Shown here one piece after another: positions 20,401-30,700 of a stretch of DNA of 64,000 nucleotides. Position 1 is the stretch's first letter. Each line of letters opens with the position of its first letter. The stretch is from positions 496,001-560,000 of the forward strand of contig CBFFRQ010000089.1 of the NCBI GenBank assembly GCA_965644315.1, written 5' to 3'. The stretch comes from Caecitellus pseudoparvulus. Lineage: Eukaryota; Protista; Bigyra: Bicosoecida. The position numbers were made by a program, and so were the translations under genes. The notes beneath the pieces were generated by a model. That model made no database searches and had not been told where the DNA came from. It saw only the letters and a list, made by a program, of their open reading frames with translations.

Positions 20401-23400
20401 CGCGGCACAGGGCGGCGACCCGTCCCCCGTGCGACAAGCCATCTTGCAGCAGGTGCCAGCGCTGTGCAGCCTGCTGGGGGGCGACGCAGCGGAGTCCTTC
20501 CTCCTGCCCTTCCTGACGACGTTCCTCAACGACACGTCAGATTGGCAGACACACGTGGCGTTGTTCCAGTGCCTACCTGGTCTAGCCGCCCACCTGGGCC
20601 ACGGCACCGGGCAGGACCTGTTGCTGCCCATCTGCGTCACAGCTCTCGCAGACCCCCAGCCAGCCATCGCACATGCCGCCGCGACGGCCCTGGCCATCAT
20701 GGTCCGGGAGGGTCTCTTGGAGCCTTGTGACGTGCTGGAAGCGCTGGACCTCCGGGACACACCACAGTTCTCCCACACGCAGCCTGGGTCCCCGCCCGCC
20801 CCAGGCACGCCGTGGGCGTCCAGTGACGCCGCGCGGGCGCAAATGGAGTGGCAGCGCCTGCGCCTCCATGGCGCCAGCGCCACAGCTCCCAGTGTCACAG
20901 CCTTGCTGTTGCACCCCTCGCTGTGGCTGCGCCAGGGCATGGCACACCTCTTGGCCACACTGGCTGTGGCCCTGGGACCTGCCACGGCGTTCCTGAGCCT
21001 GGGCAGCGCCCTGCACCTGCCACTGCGCCCCGCACTGGATGGGGAAGCACGCTTCTGGGGTGTCTTCTCAGCCGTCTGCAAGGATTTGCAGCTGGTGGGC
21101 GTCGAGATGGGGGACGACGGTGCCACGACGGCGCCCCCAGCTTTGGCCCACGGCGAAGTGCCGCTGCAACAACACGCCCAAGCACGCCGACGCGGATGGA
21201 TGTGGCAGGCGTCCCCGGCGCAAGTGCAGGCGGGGATCGAGCGTGTGGCTGAGGCTCTGCAGGCAGCAGCCCTGCCACCCCTGCCACACGGTCTGTGGGC
21301 GCAGGCCACCTTGCACTTGCTGGATCGACAAACTTCTCCCCCGCCGGTGGGCACCGCTCAAGCACCCTTGCCTGTGCCAGGCGACGCTGCTGCCGTGGAC
21401 TTGAGGGAGCTGCTGCAGACACTCGTGTCGGGGGCGGTGACGCTGGACCCGTGCACAGCGCTCTCCCTGGCGTCAGCAAAGCTCGTGTCCCGCCACCGGG
21501 CAGCTGCCGCAGAGTGGTGGGCCCATGCCCCGCCCAAGACCAGCGCGGACTTCTTCAGCCACGCAACGTCCCCTGGGAGGGTGTTCCACGGCTTCACAGG
21601 CCTCGCGCCCCTCCGCATGTTCCAGCTCCTGCTCCTGCTGCCCTTCATGCAGCGCTGTGTGCGGGCCACCCTGTCCTCCTACCATGCGCGGGTGCGCCTG
21701 CAGGTGGCGGCGTCTGCAGCAGCCCACGAACAGGCTGCAGCAAACAGGCAACTGCGAACGCAGCTGGCTACAGCGGCGCAGCGCCACGGCGAGCCACAAC
21801 CGAGCCCGGGGTGGACTGTGGACGTCCCAGGGGCAGACGCTCTACCACCTCCCCTGCAACACGAGGTGTTTGCGGAGTGGTGTACCATGGAAGGCGACGC
21901 CGCAGGGCCCTTGCACACTGACGAGCTACCCCGCTCCTCGGCAGGCAACCTGGATCCGGAGGCTGCCCTGCAAGCGGTGCATGCGGCGTTGTGTGGACAG
22001 GTGCCGGTACCGCGGGATGACACCGCTGTGCCGGGGGCCTCACCACCCCCCCCTGTGCCCACTCCCTACTCCCCTGCCGAGCTGGCAAGCATGACGCCCC
22101 ACATGCTGTGCGTGCCTGACGGGCGGTACACCAGCATCTACCCGACCGTCCCGGCGCGGGTCGTGCCTGCGCTGGACTCCCTTCCCGGCGTGCCAGTCAC
22201 CATGGATTCCAGAGCTTGCCCGACGCTGTTCCTGAAGGCCCGGCCTCCGCGGCCCGCCCCCCCACGAGTTCACGTGCCCCTCCCAGTGGACATGTTGACG
22301 TGGGCTGGCAAGGACAGCACAGCAGCTGCAGCTCTGGCCGTGGTGACGCCCCCCTCAGCGGGGTGGACACCCCCCCCAGGCTCCCCCTTTGGAGACGCTG
22401 CAGGACTCACGGACACACTGTGGGGCTTTGCGCCTGCCGGATCAGAGGCACCCCGCCACGCCTTCTCCCCCAGCGGTGGCTGGATGGAGCACACTCTGGA
22501 CACGTACACAGCAAGTGGGCGCCGCGCCCGGCGCCTGCACCTTGCGTACGGGTTGCACACGGGGGGTGGCGGCAAGGTGCAGGCTAACTCCGGCGCCCCG
22601 ACAGCGCGCTTTTACTCAGCACAAGGCAGCAGCACAGCAGAGGACCCGACGCTGTTGTCCGACGATGAGGGAGGACTGTCTGGCTCTACACAGCGGCGGG
22701 GCCGGCCCGGCATGGAGATAATCTCTGGGCCAGGGCAGGGTGCAGGGCGACAGCGTGTCACGCCTGCCAGCCTGGCCTCTGCCTTTGCCGTCACAGCCCG
22801 CCAAGCCCTGCAGCACAGCGCCGGCAGCACAGCTCCCGCGCCCGCTGGTGTGGGGGGCTCTGGGCAGGCTGGGGGCATGGGGCCAGCTGCAGGCAGCGGG
22901 AGGCGAGACAGCATGTCCAGCGCAGCGGGCCGAATGCGCCGGGCGTCTGTGGCCCTGCAGCGGCCCCGAGGCAGTGGCACAGGCAGTTCCAGCCGGGGCG
23001 CACTGTGGGCAGCAGAAGTGGACTCCACCGCTGCCCACGCCCTGTTCCTGACTCCAGCTGAGGAGGCACTGGTCATGGGCCTGGCAGGGCAGGTGGCGCG
23101 GGGGCAGCCCGCGGCGACTGATGGCACCTGCATCGTGCAGGCAACGCTGCGGCTGGGAGGCGAGGGCGGCGACGCAGGCAGCTGCATCCGCGTGCCTCTG
23201 CCCTCCCTGCGCCATGCAGGCGGGCTGCTCGTGCAGTTCTCGGCGGAGACGGGGCGCCCCGCTGCCCTGCTCGCGCTGCCCCCCGCACGGTCAGGGCGGC
23301 AGGCCGCCATGGGGCAAGATGTGGACTTCATGCCGGGGCCCAGCCTCCGCGCCCTCGTGGGGCGGCTGCGGGCCGTCGCGCCGCCCCCCCTGCCGCCCCC

Positions 23401-25837
23401 CCTTGCCCCCCTGAAGCTGCTACACGGTGCCGGGTCCGGCGCTGAGGTGCCCAGCAGTGAACGGGGCTTCACCATCCTGGCTCACTCTGTGCGCAGCGCG
23501 ACACGGCACCGATCAGCGGCCGCTGGGCGCCGGGACAGTGTGGCTCGGTGGGAGGAAGACGAAGACTGGCTGGCCGTGCCGCGGGCAGCACCAAGCAACC
23601 CAGACCTCACCTCCCTCGCCTCCCACGCGGCTTTTGCCCGCAGCCAGCTGCTGAAGGAGGCGGCAGCCGAGGCTTCACACGCCACCTCACCCGCTGACGC
23701 AGCCACGTTTGAAGTGCCCCTGGCCACCCCTGCCACAGGCAGCGGGACACCCTACCCTCCTCCCACGGTGCGACAGGGGCTAGGCGACGGCACCGGATAT
23801 GAAGGGGGGGGGCAAGGCGCAGAGGCGCTGCCCATGTACGGCCTGTGTGGCAGCTTGCTCCCCACCGTCCCCCGGGCAGCGCAGGTGGGCGGCTCCTTGC
23901 TCAGCACCAGTGACAGTCCCCGTCTGCGTGCCGAGGTGCGGGGCAGCCGCCCACAGGGCTTGCTCTACGCAGGGGTGCAGGCTCACGAGGGCGCCACGTC
24001 CAGCGTGCTGGTGTCCCAGGACCACACCGTCGTGGCGACGGGGGGCGCGGCAGACGGCGTCATCCGACTGTGGACGACGGCAGACCTCACAAAGTCCTTC
24101 TACAGTGCCCAGCCGAAGGTCTTCCAGGCAACCAGCGGCGTGACGTCCCTGACACAGCTGGACAGCTCTGCCACCATCGCGGCGGGGACGCTGGACGGCA
24201 CGGTGTACGTGCTGGGGATGGAGGCAGGGGGGGGAGGCGCTGCCCGCCCCCCGCCTCCTCCTGCCACGGCCCTGGCCCAGCCTCAGTTGGTGGAGGCGGG
24301 GGCGTCCGAGCCTGCCCGCCGCCGCAGTGTGGGGGGGCGGTCAAGGGGGCACAGCATCATGGCAGAGCTGGCCCGGTCAGCGTCGTTGTCCTCTGACGCC
24401 CCCCCTGCCCTGCACTCCATCTGCACGATGGCGTACCCCGGAGAGGGCGGCATCGTCGCCATCCAGAGTTACACCACCTGCACCGGCTGCTTCATCGTGG
24501 CAGGCACCATGGCTGGCTTCGTCCACGCGTACGACTTGAGGCGCCGCGCCCCGGCCTGGACGCTGAGCTTGCCGCCTGTGCTGGGCTGCATCACGTGCCT
24601 TGCGACCTTTGCGGGGGAGGGGCACAACAAGGGCTTCTCAGCAGACACGTGTGCCGTGCTGGCTGGGACGTCCAAAGGCGTCGTGGTGGTGTGGGATGTG
24701 CGCTTGCTGCGGCCGGTGGCTGCGTGGGCGCATCCCTCCGGCAGCCCCATCACCGCGCTCAGCCCATACCTCACCCGTGCCCCCGACGCCACCCGCCGTG
24801 CGGCCTGGACCCTCGCGTTCGTGGAGGCTTGCATGGAGGGGGACGAGGTGCCGGCACCCCCCACGGCTCTGCAGTTGGCCTGCATTGCTGGGGTGCAGGG
24901 CTGGGGCGCCGGCTGCTTCAACTTGGAGAGTGGCCGCTGCATGCGGCAGCTGCGTGTGGTCACGCCGAGGGGTGAAGTAGACCCAGGGCAGGCCCTGTCA
25001 TCCCACGACCTCAGGTCGCTGCCCCTGTCGGCCTTCTGGACGCCCATGACGCAGGAGCAGCTGGGCATCCCATCGACACCCCTCACCAACCCTGCCCTGT
25101 GTGCCGATGGCAGCACCTTCACCTCCATCACCTGGCCCTTGCCCACCATGGAGACTGGCGCCGATGCGGCGGGGCCAGGCCGCACGTTCGTGCTGAACGG
25201 CACACGCGGCGCTGGGGGGGCTCGGGTCTCCTTGGAAGAGGGCTCCTACTTTGCAGGGCACACCGCCTTCCAGTGGGCGGCGCACAACGCCGCAGCCCAG
25301 GCAGCGCTGCGCCAAGCCGCCACCTCCAAGTTCCTGCAACCGCACGAAGCCCACGCCCAAGCGGACCTGCTGTGGGAAGGGCAGGACTGGTACGCCATGG
25401 ACCTGGCCCGCATGCCAGTGTGGGTGCTCACGACAGGCCTGGACGGGGTGGTGCGGTGCTGGGACCTGCCCCGCCCGAGAGCCAGCCACACCGTGTGCGG
25501 CATGGACGCCACCAGCCCCGTACAGGAGACGCATGTGTACGATGGGCACCCGTCCGTGTCCCAGCAGCCGTCATTTACGTTGCTGTGCCGCAGCACAGGG
25601 GGGCTGTCGCCACCACCCCTGCCTTGTGGGGATGCACCATCACCCACCTCGGTGTGGAACAGCTCAGGGCCCCTCGTGCCTGACCCTGCCGTGACTGAGA
25701 CGGAAGCAGACGAGGTTGGTGACCGGCTGGCCCCGACGCACCACGAGGGTGCTGTGCTGGGGCTGGCCTTTGTGGACGCTCCCACGCGCCTGGTGTTGAC
25801 GGCTGGTGGGGACGGCAGCCTGCGTCTCTGGCGCTGA
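17471..25837 (+). CDS. VPS15: VPS15/PIK3R4 (kinase-like domain, HEAT repeats, WD40), 2788 aa single ORF
   Basis: Myristoylation-type start MGNAVA. VPS15-specific motifs: SKFLKS, LVRQYF...L..RL..RPFL, WITFQLL.AL.QCH, HGD...N..MTSWDW..LVDWAPHKPT.LP..DP, RRRCCVAPERF and LQRVIPYL. Also LPFLTTFLND..W HEAT repeats and C-terminal WD40 repeats. Confidence 0.9.
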   Translation: MGNAVAAGTGPALDIAAVVRHELPQLGEGPLRTLSSSKFLKSVHCETGDGAAALVKVYALPPDAGSNATAFRTIARRLLALRRRVGIAHTPHAVPYSLVCLGSRHATGLLVRQYFATTLASRLHQRPFLTHMDRLWITFQLLEALRQCHEAGLRHGDLTPDNIAMTSWDWPVLVDWAPHKPTFLPVADPTNYLYFFSAAADRRRCCVAPERFTDDPSLLTGAGGSSSGAYAGHAAGSLPSTAASSRAAASQAVEMGQASRQERVSAAGSAPGHRATITNTTSETADEVLLPSMDVYSLGCVLGEMWCGGRPLLDLPAALQYHKGCMGGQGSTPPAQPSSHPSSPLPALRDPVHAVAAKVGVISALEDHVVEPGGPDGPMARLIAHMVQGQPHRRWTAAEYLSLLKGTLFPRAFHQALHPLCHAFLAPDMSSADARMALLLRMYPHLLATVLGCVDPHGQYVLHCMASAVDSAAGAEQGMDPASLPHHARVEVGVGQDGGPPAPTAVHMPTAGASATLDTLAAAQWEWCMHDAAQPPVALDVSAFYAPWVPGAATSEEVQASLAEWQELATLHWGEAGPTEHPLVDRQASDTSTGSDWEMVKTYPDILQEQQSASQEHPAQEGATPAPPTTPGSAKEASTLDTSPIPAQHASAIRLCLRLITSCLRSVSSPALRVAGIALLGRLALLPAPAIADSDRLQRVIPYLVPCLRDTSALVRAHALSAITGILEEVVEFPATESQIMPMYIKPAVEHLEGDPSGVVRATLAGALPRLSAVAQRFQDVTHWRDTAPDGSSHPGLASPSPDALSPSNSTSTLDAGGSHAATPVAGAEQGSEAGLEALAASGDTATSLLTSQVRLSLQGTIMQLAGLTSAASGVQATALQLAVQSPAIRAAGVALDHSAMVASMAQSLAGSPSSGDVFDDVGVTPALPRLVLDLADIAQRACQDLQALAGEGPAQPWQVQDALSVWRGFSSTLAASAAQGGDPSPVRQAILQQVPALCSLLGGDAAESFLLPFLTTFLNDTSDWQTHVALFQCLPGLAAHLGHGTGQDLLLPICVTALADPQPAIAHAAATALAIMVREGLLEPCDVLEALDLRDTPQFSHTQPGSPPAPGTPWASSDAARAQMEWQRLRLHGASATAPSVTALLLHPSLWLRQGMAHLLATLAVALGPATAFLSLGSALHLPLRPALDGEARFWGVFSAVCKDLQLVGVEMGDDGATTAPPALAHGEVPLQQHAQARRRGWMWQASPAQVQAGIERVAEALQAAALPPLPHGLWAQATLHLLDRQTSPPPVGTAQAPLPVPGDAAAVDLRELLQTLVSGAVTLDPCTALSLASAKLVSRHRAAAAEWWAHAPPKTSADFFSHATSPGRVFHGFTGLAPLRMFQLLLLLPFMQRCVRATLSSYHARVRLQVAASAAAHEQAAANRQLRTQLATAAQRHGEPQPSPGWTVDVPGADALPPPLQHEVFAEWCTMEGDAAGPLHTDELPRSSAGNLDPEAALQAVHAALCGQVPVPRDDTAVPGASPPPPVPTPYSPAELASMTPHMLCVPDGRYTSIYPTVPARVVPALDSLPGVPVTMDSRACPTLFLKARPPRPAPPRVHVPLPVDMLTWAGKDSTAAAALAVVTPPSAGWTPPPGSPFGDAAGLTDTLWGFAPAGSEAPRHAFSPSGGWMEHTLDTYTASGRRARRLHLAYGLHTGGGGKVQANSGAPTARFYSAQGSSTAEDPTLLSDDEGGLSGSTQRRGRPGMEIISGPGQGAGRQRVTPASLASAFAVTARQALQHSAGSTAPAPAGVGGSGQAGGMGPAAGSGRRDSMSSAAGRMRRASVALQRPRGSGTGSSSRGALWAAEVDSTAAHALFLTPAEEALVMGLAGQVARGQPAATDGTCIVQATLRLGGEGGDAGSCIRVPLPSLRHAGGLLVQFSAETGRPAALLALPPARSGRQAAMGQDVDFMPGPSLRALVGRLRAVAPPPLPPPLAPLKLLHGAGSGAEVPSSERGFTILAHSVRSATRHRSAAAGRRDSVARWEEDEDWLAVPRAAPSNPDLTSLASHAAFARSQLLKEAAAEASHATSPADAATFEVPLATPATGSGTPYPPPTVRQGLGDGTGYEGGGQGAEALPMYGLCGSLLPTVPRAAQVGGSLLSTSDSPRLRAEVRGSRPQGLLYAGVQAHEGATSSVLVSQDHTVVATGGAADGVIRLWTTADLTKSFYSAQPKVFQATSGVTSLTQLDSSATIAAGTLDGTVYVLGMEAGGGGAARPPPPPATALAQPQLVEAGASEPARRRSVGGRSRGHSIMAELARSASLSSDAPPALHSICTMAYPGEGGIVAIQSYTTCTGCFIVAGTMAGFVHAYDLRRRAPAWTLSLPPVLGCITCLATFAGEGHNKGFSADTCAVLAGTSKGVVVVWDVRLLRPVAAWAHPSGSPITALSPYLTRAPDATRRAAWTLAFVEACMEGDEVPAPPTALQLACIAGVQGWGAGCFNLESGRCMRQLRVVTPRGEVDPGQALSSHDLRSLPLSAFWTPMTQEQLGIPSTPLTNPALCADGSTFTSITWPLPTMETGADAAGPGRTFVLNGTRGAGGARVSLEEGSYFAGHTAFQWAAHNAAAQAALRQAATSKFLQPHEAHAQADLLWEGQDWYAMDLARMPVWVLTTGLDGVVRCWDLPRPRASHTVCGMDATSPVQETHVYDGHPSVSQQPSFTLLCRSTGGLSPPPLPCGDAPSPTSVWNSSGPLVPDPAVTETEADEVGDRLAPTHHEGAVLGLAFVDAPTRLVLTAGGDGSLRLWR

Positions 25838-26032
25838 TGCCCCCCACAGAGGAGGTCCGCACGGCAATGCAGGAAATCAGGCGTGCCGTAGGTTGAATGT
25901 GTGAATGGATTGGCAACCCTAAGGGGCTTGCACGGCACCGCGGACGGATCTACCCATGCCACGAGCGCCGCCAGCCCCGGCAGGCGACTTTGTACAACCA
26001 GGCAATGCAGCGGTGCAGGAAGGGGGGGACCT

Positions 26033-27331
26033 TTACTGGTCAACATCCTCCTCGACCTCCTTCTCGTCGCCCTGCTCGTCACTGGTCCACAGCGTCAAGT
26101 TGTCGCGGATCAACTGCATGATGAGGGTGGCATCCTTGTACTGCTCCTCCTTCAAGCTGTCCAGCTCGCTGATGGCATCGTCGAAGGCGTGCTTGGCCAG
26201 CGTGCAGGCATCCTGGGGCTGAGACAGGATCTCGTAGAAGAAGACGCTGTAGTTCAGCGCCAGACCCAGGCGAATGGGGTTGGTGGGAGGCAAGTCGGCA
26301 GCTGCCTTGGAGGCGCTCTCGTACTTCTCCTTGGCCTTCTCCGCCTGCGCAGGGTGCGACGAACGTGCGGGGTGGGGGGAGGGCGTTTCGCCGCAACGCC
26401 ACTCCAACGGCACCAGTCCCCATGCAGAACTCACCTTGGAGGCGCGGTCGCCCTCAGCGGCGAACTCTGCCAGGTACCGGTAGTAGTCACCGGCCATCTT
26501 CAGGTAGAACACCTGGCCCTCGGTGCTCTTGTCCTCAGGCACCAGGTACTTCTCCAGCACCTCCAGGAGCTCGTTGCAGATCTTCTCCAGCTCAGCCTCA
26601 ACCTGCAAGGGGAAGAACAGACCATGTTGTGCAGCATTGCGTGGAGACGCTGTTTGCAGCGCACCACCACCCGCTTCCAGTTGGTGCGAAGCTGGGTGGT
26701 GCACGATGCACTTCCGACGCAAGGGCGCTTGGCAAGCTCGCCAACAACGCACCTGCTTGCGGTAGCCGGCGATGGCCTCAACCTTGCTGTAAGAGGAGCA
26801 GAATGACATTGATGTGGGTCATTTTCCATGTCGCAGGCGGGTAGGCGCGACACAGCTGACGCTTCGGCAAGCAGCAGGAAACGGCGGCAGCACGCCAGCA
26901 TCGCCACGCCGCGTGGCCTCCAAGCGAGGCTGCGAGGCAGGCACGCCTTCACTCACGCAGAGTCCCCCTTCTCCTTCTCCTTGGTCTCGATGGAGGACAG
27001 CACGCGCCAAGAGGCACGGCGAGCGCCCACCACGTTCTTGTAAGCAACGCTCAGGAGGTTGCGCTCCTCAACGGAGAGCTGAACCTGCAGCTCTGCCAGC
27101 TGCTTGACGCTCTGTGCACAGGGGCAGGGGGTGGACAACAAGCGTGATGCCTGTCGCAAGAGCGCCTTGATGCAGAGCGGAGCAGCCGCCGCGGCGCGGA
27201 GCGGCCGCTACGGACTGGCACCTGGCGTGGTGGCCTGCACCAACTCTCACCTGCACCATGTCGTCATAGCGCTCAGCCTCCTCGGCCAGCTTGGCCATGT
27301 ACACCAGAGAGGCGCGGGAATCGGCAGCCAT
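26033..27331 (-). CDS. 14-3-3 protein; exons 27331-27251, 27111-26957, 26786-26753, 26602-26435, 26344-26033
   Basis: Signature motifs [76 protein letters not shown] and [14 protein letters not shown]. All four introns are GT-AG and preserve the frame. Confidence 0.95.
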
Positions 27332-27725
27332 GGTGGAAGTTGTGGGCTGCACAGGGAGCAGGGGCGCGGGGCACAGGTGTGGCCTTGTTGCACCGCGTGT
27401 GTGCGGAAACAGGGCACGGTTGCGAACAGGGGCACGGAGGGGCACGCAGCCACGCACAGTCAGGGGTTGAAGTCAGGGGCCGAAGGGAATACACATAAGT
27501 GTGTGCAATCGTCGGTGTGTAGTAGTGTGGCTCGCGGCGACATCTGCAGCCCCTCGCCCGGGGCGGTGCAAGCAGCCCCCCAACGCCCAAGCACTGCTGG
27601 TAAGCGCCAAGGCGAGCCTTGCACTTGCATTACATCGGGCTTGCCATGCACCGCGCACTCAACCGCACCACCTCCCACGTCCTGTTCACACCCGCCCAGC
27701 TTCTGGTGACCTCACCCCTCTATCA

Positions 27726-30700
27726 TCAAGCCTCGGCGGCGGCGGCGCCGGCATCGTCCCAGCCCTGCCCATCATCCTCCCAGTCGTCCTCCTCGTCCTC
27801 CCCATCCATGAGGCCAGCGCTGCGCTGCGCAGCGATGTGCTGGGACATGATTGAGGCGCAGAACAACATGACCATGCGGGGCTTCACCTCCACCAGGTCT
27901 TCCCAGGTACAGAACACGGACGTGCCGATCTTGCGTGCGGCAGAGATGAGGTACTTCACGTTCTGCTCCTTCTCCACGTCGCTGACGCCCTCCGTGACCA
28001 GGCCCCAGTTGATGACTGGGCGCACGGAGCTGACGAGGTGCAGCAGGTACACGCCGTTGGACAGGGAGCTGTCGCGGAAGCTGGAGATGGCGGCGGAGGC
28101 GTCCCCACAGCTCTCCACGACGCGCCCATTGGCCCAGGCGAGGATGTCGCTCTCCTCGGCGCCGAAGCCGTCGAAGGCGACTTGCGACAACACCTTGAAG
28201 GTGTGGAAGCGCATGAGCTGCCAGAGCAGAGACAGAATCTGCTTGGCGCGGCCATCCACAATGTCCAGGCCGCCCACGTTCACCAGGTGGAACTCCATGG
28301 CAGACGCCAACTTGATGATGTAGTTGCCGTTCTCCACGCGGCGGTACCGGTTGTCCTTCGGGTTCTTGTGTGCCCTGCGCCAGTTCACAATGCCCGGCTC
28401 CACAGCCTCCATGATGCGCAGCAGCACCGACCCGTCCCGCATGTCCGCCACTAGGTCGGTGATGGTGAGTCCCGGCACGGCCAGGGACCCAATCCACTGC
28501 CGCAGCATGCGCACCTCCCGAGTGCCTTCCTCGTCCAGGTCCTCTGCCATCTCCGCCAGCTCCTCCGCAACACTGCTGCCGGTGGACTCTGCATCGCTGC
28601 GCGTCAGGCACGGCGACGCCGCAAACAGCATGGCCACGAAGGCGATCTGCGTGCGGGGGATGCCGCCTGTGATGGCGCCGGACGAGAACCACGCTGGCAC
28701 GCCGACGCCAAAGGACGCAGAGAGGATCTCATTGGCCAGTGCCTCCACGTCAGCTTCCGATGCCGCCACTGCAGCGTCCTCCCCAGCAGGCAGCCCCTCG
28801 CTGTACTCAGACGCGACTTGGCGCAGGATGATGGAGAGTGCCACTGCATCCTTGAGCTCCTCCCCCCAGTCCTTCACCTCCCGGTGGGAGCCTGCCGCCT
28901 TGAGCTGGTAGTTCATCCACCGCAGCAACATGGCGGTGGGCTGCACGCCCGCCAAGTCCTTCACCTCCTCCCCGGGCTTCAACAGCACAACCAAGTCGTT
29001 GTTCTTGCGCACGTTGATGCTGGAGAGCAGCGTGTGGCGCCACAGGCTCCACACGGTATCAATGGTGGTCTCAGCATCCCCGCTCTCCACAGCGGTGGCG
29101 ACGGCAGGCACGACGCCCTCCTTGGGCAGGTCCACACCTCCGGCAGCCGCCGTGGACAGCACCAGTTGCAAGTTCTCCCGGGCAGGGTGCGTCACGGCAC
29201 CGGCATCGTCCGTGACCTCCTCCCCCGGTACAGCCTCCAGGTTCAGCACGCGCTCGTCCACGGAGTCTGGGCGCAAAGCGTTGAGTACCTTCGTCAGGAC
29301 GATGCCGTCGCGCAGGGCGGTCAGCAGGGCAGGGGGCTCCGCAGCCAGGTCCAGGGGGATGCCCGGCGCCTCCACACCTGCTGCCTCCAGGGTGGCGTTG
29401 ATGAAGGAAGAGAAAGTGAGCACCTCGTGGGGGTTGGCCGCCTCCACCGCCTCTGTGCCTGGCTCGTGCCACTGGCTCTCCCCGGTCTCGGAGTTGTACC
29501 AGAAGTAGCTGCCACTCTCCTCGTCCAGCACTTGGCTCCACGGGTTGGCTGCCTTGGACGCATCCTCGTCCCCCTCACCCTCCTCGTCGTCTGAGTCCAC
29601 ATCGCCCTCCGTGACCATGCCAGCGACACCCATGCCTGTCGGGTCGTTGAAGGTGCGCTGCCCGGTGACGGTGTTGTACCAGTACGCCCGCCCCGTCTCG
29701 GGGTCCTCCATCTTCTCCCAGTTCCCGTCGTCCCCACCCGTGACGACACCCGTGCCCTCCCCATGCTCTGCCACGTACGCCAGGTGTTCCTCCCAGCCGG
29801 GTGGCTGCGCCCACTGCGTGCGCCCCGTGGGGATGTGGGTGTAGAAGGCGTCGCCATCCTCGTCTTTCTCCTGCCGCCACTCGTACACACCCTCCTTTGC
29901 GTCCTTGACGTTCTTGGCCACCCACACGCGGTTGTGCAGCGCCCAGGCGGGCGGCTCTTCCCACTGTGTCGCGCCGTCCTTCCCTGCGTTGATGTAGAAG
30001 GTGTCCCCTTCATCATCCTGGGCGGCTGTGTACGGATACTTCACTGTGCCCACAGTTGTCACAGGGCGGTCCCACACGCTGTCGCCAGTGGTGGTGTTGG
30101 AGTAGAACATGTCCCCACTGTCGGCGTCTTTGTGCCCCTCCCACAAGTCCCCTGCCTCATCCACGATGGGCAGGTCTGACAAGTCCACATCTGCCAGGTC
30201 GTCCACGCCAGCACCCGAGGCGGCGCCGCCTGCCGACGCAGCAGCAGCTGCTGCCGCCTCCTCCTTGGCCTTGGCTGCAGCGGCCTCTGCCGCCGCCTTG
30301 GCCTTGGCTGCGGCCTCCTTCTTCGCCTTGAGTGCAGCGAGGCGGCCCAGGCGCCCCTTCGTGGCCGTGTCCACCTCCACTTCCTTGCCCTCCATGCCGT
30401 TCATGCGGGCTTTGCGGCCGCCCTTCAGCCACACCCGCTTCTCCTTGACAGCGCGCGCCTGCGCCTCCTGCTCCTCCCGCAGCTTCTTGGCCTTCAAGTA
30501 CTTGATGCGCTCCCGCCGCATGCGCTGGGCAGACTGGATGCGCACTGTGGCAGCCAGCACCTCCTCCTCCGTGCGGCCCAGCTCGCGGGCCTTGTTCTTC
30601 AGCACCTCCTTGCGGGCCTGGCGAATGCGGGCTGTCTCCAGCTTTGCCAAGTACATGCGCACGGTCTTCTGGATCTTGATGGCGGCGACGTTCTCCCGGG

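Noticed and set aside
27720-27728. Triple stop TGA-TGA-TAG after the fimbrin fusion
   Set aside because: A single instance that is compatible with chance.
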